Shown here: piece after piece, positions 58,634 through 64,000 of the stretch | Layout of the letters: each line of letters starts with the position of its first letter | Position numbering within the stretch: the first letter of the stretch is position 1 | Assembly (NCBI GenBank): GCA_900617105.1 | Contig: UYFQ01000010.1 | Span: forward strand, 62,001-126,000 | DNA from: Hydrurus foetidus | Lineage: Eukaryota | Direction of reading: 5' to 3' | Length of the DNA: 64,000 nt | Program-made: the position numbers and the translations under genes | The notes under the pieces: model-generated | Database searches by the model: none | The model's input: only the letters and a program-made list of their open reading frames with translations | Told to the model about the DNA's origin: nothing

Positions 58634-60019
58634 ATGCAAGGGCTGGAGTGGGTGTTGGTGGCGCTGGCGGTGCTGCAACTGGGGTTGTTGGCCTATGGGC
58701 TCATGCAGCGTGGCCGGTCGGTGCCACCCACGGCGCACCAAGAGGCCCAGCGTCAGGAGTTGCTGGCTCTGGTGAAGACCAGCAGCGAGCGGCTGGAGCG
58801 CGAGCTGCGCCGCGAAGTGACCGAGTCCGCCCGCGATGGCCGCCAGGAGCTGTCGCAAAACCTGGCCCTGTTTCAGAAGGCGCTGGTAGAGCAAAGCGGC
58901 GAGGCCACCCGCACCCAAAACACCCAGATCGACGCCTTTGGCCAGCAACTGGCGCTGCTGCAGAAAACACTGTCCGACACGCTGACGAACCAGCTCTCCA
59001 ACCTGAGTGAATCCAACGCACGGCGCATGAACGAGGTGCGCGAGACGCTGGAGAAACAACTCGCCCAGCTGCAAGCCACCAACGCAGCCAAGCTCGACGA
59101 GATGCGCGCCACCGTGGACGAGAAACTGCAGACCACGCTGCAGGCGCGCCTGGGCGAGAGCTTCAAACAGGTGGCCGAGCGGCTGGAGCAGGTGCACAAG
59201 GGCCTGGGCGAAATGCAGACCCTGGCGCAAGGCGTGGGCGACCTGAAGCACTTGCTGACCAATGTGAAAACCCGCGGCATCTTTGGCGAGGCGCAACTGG
59301 CCAGCCTGCTAGAGCAGGTGTTTGTGCCCGACCAGTATGCGGTGCAGGTGGCCACGCGCCCGGGCAGCAAAAACGTGGTGGACTTTGCCATCAAGCTGCC
59401 GGGCCGCTCGGACAATGGCGAGCCGCTGTGGCTGCCGATTGACGCGAAATTTCCCAACGAGGACTACGAGCGTCTGCTCGACGCCCAAGGCCGCGCCGAT
59501 GCCGTGGCTGCGGAAGTGGCCGGCAGGGCGCTGGAGATGCGCATCCGGCTGGAGGCCAAGTCGATTGCCGAGAAGTACGTGGAGCCGCCGTACACCACCG
59601 ACTTTGCCATCCTGTTTTTGCCCACCGAAGGCCTGTACGCCGAAGTGCTGCGCCGCCCGGGGCTGATGGAAAGCCTGCAGCGCGACCACCGCATCACGCT
59701 GGCCGGCCCCACCACGCTGCTGTCCATGCTCAGCTCCTTGCAAATGGGCTTTCGCACGCTGGCACTGGAAAAGCGCTCCAGCGAGGTGTGGCAGGTGCTG
59801 GGCGCGGTCAAAACCGAGTTTGGCAAGTTCGGTGACGTGCTGGCCAAGGTCAAGGCGCAGACGCAAACCGTGCTCAACACACTGGACAACGCCGAAACGC
59901 GCAGCCGCGCCATGGGCCGGGCGCTCAAAAAGGTGGATGCCTTGCCCGAATCGCAAGCCCAGGCCCTGCTGCCTGCCGACCGCGACTTTGACCGCGACGC
60001 GGACACCAGCAACCTATGA
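58634..60019 (+). CDS. rmuC: DNA recombination protein RmuC
   Basis: N-terminal TM segment, coiled coil, KTRGIFGE, IDAKFP and FLPTEGLY. Confidence 0.93.
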   Translation: MQGLEWVLVALAVLQLGLLAYGLMQRGRSVPPTAHQEAQRQELLALVKTSSERLERELRREVTESARDGRQELSQNLALFQKALVEQSGEATRTQNTQIDAFGQQLALLQKTLSDTLTNQLSNLSESNARRMNEVRETLEKQLAQLQATNAAKLDEMRATVDEKLQTTLQARLGESFKQVAERLEQVHKGLGEMQTLAQGVGDLKHLLTNVKTRGIFGEAQLASLLEQVFVPDQYAVQVATRPGSKNVVDFAIKLPGRSDNGEPLWLPIDAKFPNEDYERLLDAQGRADAVAAEVAGRALEMRIRLEAKSIAEKYVEPPYTTDFAILFLPTEGLYAEVLRRPGLMESLQRDHRITLAGPTTLLSMLSSLQMGFRTLALEKRSSEVWQVLGAVKTEFGKFGDVLAKVKAQTQTVLNTLDNAETRSRAMGRALKKVDALPESQAQALLPADRDFDRDADTSNL

Positions 60020-61233
60020 CCGCTCCCGAGGCAGACGCCAGCGCGCCCGGTAAGGGCGAAAGCGCCTGGGGCCTGCTGCGTTTGGTGGCAGGTCAGGTGT
60101 GCCTGCATGCCAGCATGGCCGGCATGCGCATGGCTGCACCGCTGTGGGCGCTGCAGCAGGGCTATGGCGCGCTGGCGGTGGGTTTTCTGCTCGCGCTGTT
60201 CTCATTGACGCAGGTGTTTCTGGCGTTGCCTGCCGGGCGCTATGCGGACCGGCACGGCCTGCGCCGGCCCGTAGCGCTGGGCATTGTGGCCGCCATGTCG
60301 GGGGCTGCACTGGCGGCACTGTTTCCACAATTTTCCGTGCTCTGCTTCAGCGCGTTGTGCATGGGTGGCGCCACGGGCACGGCCAACATTGCGCTGCAAC
60401 GCCATGTGGGCCGCGCAGCGCGCGGGGCACAAGACCTGCGCCGCGTGTTCAGCTGGCTCTCCATCGGGCCCGCGGTGTCCAACTTTCTGGGGCCGGTATG
60501 CGTGGGTTTGTTGATCGACCACGCGGGGGTGTGGATGGGTGGGCAGGTGGCCGACCACAACGGGTTTGTCGCGGCCTTTGCCTTCACGGCGCTGGTGCCT
60601 GCATTGGCCTGGCTGTGCGTGCGCCACACGCCCGAGCTGCCGCCCGTGCAGGTGGCCGATGGCGCGCACCCCAGCGTGTGGCCACTGCTGCGCGAGCCGC
60701 TGATGCGTCGGCTGTTGCTGGTGAACTGGTTGTTGTCCAGCTGCTGGGATGTCCACACCTTTGTTGTGCCGGTGATTGGCCATGAGCGCGGCTTCAGCGC
60801 TTCGGTCATTGGCACCATCCTGGGGGCGTTTGCGGTAGCCGCTGCCTCGGTGCGGGTGTTGCTGCCCCTGGTTGCCGCGCACCTGCGCGAGTGGGCCGTG
60901 GTGGCCGCAGCCATGGTCATCACAGCCCTGCTATTTGGGGTCTACCCCTTCATGCCCACGGCCTGGGCCATGGGCTTGTGCTCGGTGCTGCTGGGGCTGG
61001 CCTTGGGCACGGTACAGCCCATGATCATGAGCACGCTGCACCAGATCACGCCACACCCGCTGCATGGCCAGGCCATTGCGCTGCGGCTCATGAGCCTGAA
61101 CCTCTCCAGTGTGCTCATGCCCCTGCTGTTTGGCACGGCGGGCGTGGTGGTGGGTGTGTCGGTGGTGTTCTGGACCGTGGGCACCCTGGTGGGCCTGGGC
61201 GCCCACGCAGCCTGGAAACTGCGGCCCGTCTGA
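60016..61233 (+). CDS. MFS transporter
   Basis: About 12 hydrophobic segments; GRYADRHGLR motif A. Confidence 0.9.
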   Translation: MTAPEADASAPGKGESAWGLLRLVAGQVCLHASMAGMRMAAPLWALQQGYGALAVGFLLALFSLTQVFLALPAGRYADRHGLRRPVALGIVAAMSGAALAALFPQFSVLCFSALCMGGATGTANIALQRHVGRAARGAQDLRRVFSWLSIGPAVSNFLGPVCVGLLIDHAGVWMGGQVADHNGFVAAFAFTALVPALAWLCVRHTPELPPVQVADGAHPSVWPLLREPLMRRLLLVNWLLSSCWDVHTFVVPVIGHERGFSASVIGTILGAFAVAAASVRVLLPLVAAHLREWAVVAAAMVITALLFGVYPFMPTAWAMGLCSVLLGLALGTVQPMIMSTLHQITPHPLHGQAIALRLMSLNLSSVLMPLLFGTAGVVVGVSVVFWTVGTLVGLGAHAAWKLRPV

Positions 61234-61263
61234 GCCGGGCAGCACTCCGGCCCACTCGGCGCT

Positions 61264-62133
61264 TTACAACGGCAGGTTGTAGAAGGTGCGGATGATTTCC
61301 CAGGCCTCTTGCGGGTCGTCGGTGTAGTGGAACAGGTTCAGGTCTTCGGGCGAGACTGCGCCTTCTTCCACCAGCACGTCCATGTTGATCAGCCGCTTCC
61401 AGTAATCGGTGCCAAACAGCACGATGGGCACAGGCTTGGCCTTGCGCGTTTGCACCAGCGTGATGACTTCAAACAGCTCGTCCAGCGTGCCAAAGCCGCC
61501 GGGAAAAGCCACCAGTGCCTTGGCGCGCATCATGAAATGCATCTTGCGCGTGGCGAAGTAGTGGAACTTGAAGCTCAGCGACGGTGTGACATAAGGGTTG
61601 GCCTTTTGCTCGTGGGGCAGGGCGATGTTCAGGCCCGGTGTGAGGGCACCCATTTCAAACGCGCCGCGGTTGGCCGCCTCCATGATGCCGGGGCCGCCGC
61701 CGGTGCAGATGAAGAGGCGGTCTTTCAGCGGCTTGCGTGCGCTGTAGCCAGCCACCAGGCGGGCAAACAGGCGTGCGTTGTCGTAGTGCTTGGCGTTGCG
61801 CATATGGCGCTCGGCCACTGTGAGTTGCTTGGCATCACCGCTGGCCTTGGCAGCTTCGAGTGCGGCGCTGGCTTCTTCGGGGGAGGGAAAGCGGGCACTG
61901 CCAAACACCACCACGGTGTTTTCCACGCCTTGTGCGGCCTGGTCCAGGTCGGGCTTGAGCATTTCCAGCTGGATGCGCAGTCCGCGAGTTTCGCGGCGCA
62001 GAAGAAATTCGGGGTCGGCGAACGCCAGACGGTAGGCGTCGGCCTCCAGAACATTCCCCAGATCGGCATGGGCTTGCAGGTCAGACCAGGCATTGGCCAG
62101 GCGAGCTTCGTTGAGGTTTTGGGTGTTTTCCAT
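61264..62133 (-). CDS. LOG family (lysine-decarboxylase-like Rossmann) protein
   Basis: VFGSAR, TGGGPGIMEA and PGGFGTLDE. Confidence 0.9.
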   Translation of the reverse strand: MENTQNLNEARLANAWSDLQAHADLGNVLEADAYRLAFADPEFLLRRETRGLRIQLEMLKPDLDQAAQGVENTVVVFGSARFPSPEEASAALEAAKASGDAKQLTVAERHMRNAKHYDNARLFARLVAGYSARKPLKDRLFICTGGGPGIMEAANRGAFEMGALTPGLNIALPHEQKANPYVTPSLSFKFHYFATRKMHFMMRAKALVAFPGGFGTLDELFEVITLVQTRKAKPVPIVLFGTDYWKRLINMDVLVEEGAVSPEDLNLFHYTDDPQEAWEIIRTFYNLPL

Positions 62134-62163
62134 GCAACCATTGTGCGGCAAATGCAAGACAGC

Positions 62164-62189
62164 AAAAAGGCTCCCGAAGGAGCCTTTTT
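62164..62189. terminator. Intrinsic terminator after efp
   Basis: AAAAAGGCTCC-CGAA-GGAGCCTTTTT. Confidence 0.8.
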
Positions 62190-62208
62190 GATAAGCACGA
62201 AACGCGGT

Positions 62209-62763
62209 TTAGACGCGCTTGCGGTATTCGCCGGTACGGGTGTCGATTTCGACCTTGTCGCCTTGGGCCACAAAAATTGGCACGCCGATTTCGAAACCGG
62301 TGGCGATCTTGGCAGGCTTCAGAACCTTGCCGGAAGTGTCGCCCTTGACGGCGGGCTCAGTCCAGGTGATCTCGCGTTCGACGCTGGTAGGCAGTTCCAC
62401 GGAGATGGCCTTGCCTTCGTAGAACACCACTTCGGCGGTCATGCCGTCTTCCAGGTAGTTCAGCGAGTCGCCCATGTTGTCGGATTCGACTTCGTACTGG
62501 TTGTAGTCAGCGTCCATCCAAACATACAGGGGGTCGGCAAAGTAGGAGTAGGTGCAATCCTTTTTGTCCAGAATGACCTGGTCGATCTTGTCATCGGCCT
62601 TGAACACGACTTCGGTACCGAAGTTGGCAATCAGGCTCTTGAGCTTCATGCGCACGGTGGCCGAGTTGCGGCCGCCGCGGCTGTATTCGGTTTTCAGGAC
62701 GACCATGGGGTCTTTGCCGTGCATGATCACATTGCCAGCGCGGATTTCTTGAGCGATTTTCAT
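62209..62763 (-). CDS. efp: Elongation factor P (Arg32 type)
   Basis: SRGGRNSA loop, EPAVKGDT and DTRTGEY. Confidence 0.97.
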   Translation of the reverse strand: MKIAQEIRAGNVIMHGKDPMVVLKTEYSRGGRNSATVRMKLKSLIANFGTEVVFKADDKIDQVILDKKDCTYSYFADPLYVWMDADYNQYEVESDNMGDSLNYLEDGMTAEVVFYEGKAISVELPTSVEREITWTEPAVKGDTSGKVLKPAKIATGFEIGVPIFVAQGDKVEIDTRTGEYRKRV

Positions 62764-62869
62764 AGGGTTGCAGGAACGATTGTCACTTGGTGCGACTGTA
62801 GGCCGCAGTCTGCGGCGGGGCATGACTTGCCCCAAAACTCAGGCGGCAAATTCAGCTAAGCCTCGGATT

Positions 62870-64000
62870 TTATCTTTTTTTCTTCACGAAATTGGTGAGC
62901 TGGCTGGCGAGGTCATCCATTTGCAGCAGAGTCTGGCGCCATTGTTGTGCGGCCAGTGACCATTCCGCCAGCGGCAAGTCGCCCCAACGGATGGCGTTGG
63001 GGGCGGATGCCGACGCAGCTGCAGTGCCATTCCAGGCATGGTGCGCAGCGCGCAAGGAAGCTGGCGCCTGCATCTGGTCCAGCAGCGCGCCCAGTTTGTC
63101 GGCGTGGGCGCCATCGTCCTGCGGGTAGATGTGCCACAGCCAGGGTTTGCCGGCCCAGATCGCGCGCACCAGCGAGTCCTCGCCCCTTACCAGGTTCAGG
63201 TCGCAGGTCCACAGCAGTTCGTCAAATTCGGGTTGGGTTAATGGCTCCAGCCAGTGCAGTGCCAGAGCGTCAGCGCCGGTGGTTGGCAGATCCATCTGCG
63301 CCAACGCAGATTGCACTGTGCGCTGGGCCCGGCCCGGCGTGACCAGCAGCAGCGTGGGCGTGGCGCCTTCCACCAGGCCTTGCAGCAGGTTGGTGAGCGC
63401 GGGTGGTTCGTAGCAAAACAGCGAGACCAGGCGTTGACCTTGCCAGATAACGCCTTTCTGCGCCAGCCAGGCCCGGCGTGCAGCGTCATCAAACGCGGCT
63501 TGACGTGCCAAGTAGTCCGACTCACGCAACAGGCCGCCAGTGCGTGGTGTGAAGCCGGGGTAAGAGAAATGCTTGGTCCAGCCCTGCCCCGGGCCCTGCA
63601 TGACGGGCGAGGGCAGGGCGTGGCAGCGCTCCACATAGGCCTCGGCCGACAGGTACTCCAGGTTGATCCACACCGGTGGTTTATGCTTATTTTGGCCTCT
63701 AGCCCCCGTATTCATTACGCGAGCAGCTATGAATTCAGGAGCAATCTCGCAGCCAAAGCCTTCTACCCACACGTCGGCCTGAGGCAGTTCTTCCAGTACC
63801 TCTGGCGTTTGCGCATCCGCCCAATCGCGCACCTGCACGCCGGGCCAGCTGCCCCCAACTGCGCCGGGGGCCATCCAGGCCAGGGCGCTCTTGTCGTCTA
63901 CCCACAGGCGCACCGTGTGGCCGCGGCGGGCCAGGTCAGCGCACAGGCGCCAACAAACGCCGATGTCGCCAAAGTTGTCGATGACCTTGCAGAAAATATC
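62870..64000 (-). CDS. earP: EF-P arginine rhamnosyltransferase (5' end beyond window)
   Basis: DIFCKVIDNFGDIGVCWRL at the window edge, WINLEYLSAE and VRGEDS; upstream of efp. Confidence 0.95.
   Translation of the reverse strand, partial: DIFCKVIDNFGDIGVCWRLCADLARRGHTVRLWVDDKSALAWMAPGAVGGSWPGVQVRDWADAQTPEVLEELPQADVWVEGFGCEIAPEFIAARVMNTGARGQNKHKPPVWINLEYLSAEAYVERCHALPSPVMQGPGQGWTKHFSYPGFTPRTGGLLRESDYLARQAAFDDAARRAWLAQKGVIWQGQRLVSLFCYEPPALTNLLQGLVEGATPTLLLVTPGRAQRTVQSALAQMDLPTTGADALALHWLEPLTQPEFDELLWTCDLNLVRGEDSLVRAIWAGKPWLWHIYPQDDGAHADKLGALLDQMQAPASLRAAHHAWNGTAAASASAPNAIRWGDLPLAEWSLAAQQWRQTLLQMDDLASQLTNFVKKKR
63692..63744 (+). repeat. 53-bp repeat, copy 6 (inside earP)
   Basis: TTGGCCTCTAGCCCCCGTATTCATTACGCGAGCAGCTATGAATTCAGGAGCAA. 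Confidence 0.85.

Overview
Two-part window from a high-GC betaproteobacterium; gene order and content suggest Comamonadaceae (inference). Bases 1-23569 are the right half of a siphovirus-type prophage, all on the + strand. In order: S49 head protease with a nested scaffold start, capsid, neck, tail tube, a G/GT chaperone with a -1 slippery site, tape measure with 135-bp repeats, J-like central fibre, three paralogous fibre-tip-like genes, holin, M15 endolysin, HNH, Rz/Rz1, an SGNH esterase and a lambda-type integrase lacking its arm-binding domain. It ends at a 3' fragment of tRNA-Cys (attR). Bases 23641-64000 are host core chromosome: tRNA-Leu, lexA, adk, kdsB, lpxK, xseA, sodB, two isocitrate dehydrogenases, clpSA, phasin, pncB, rmuC, efp and earP. 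Signals not explained by the ORF track: (1) a start-less HNH domain in the +1 frame right behind the endolysin's CCC-TAG end, suggesting a frameshifted endolysin-nuclease fusion; (2) a four-copy phage promoter motif, GGGATT(T/G)ACT-N17/18-(C/A)AGT(C/A)T; (3) an ungapped 53-bp host repeat found between genes and inside lpxK, earP and a lexA-linked ORF, but not in the prophage; (4) a DnaA-box/IHF cluster and a CUCCUC-type sRNA candidate. All calls were made by eye from motifs and synteny; no searches were run.
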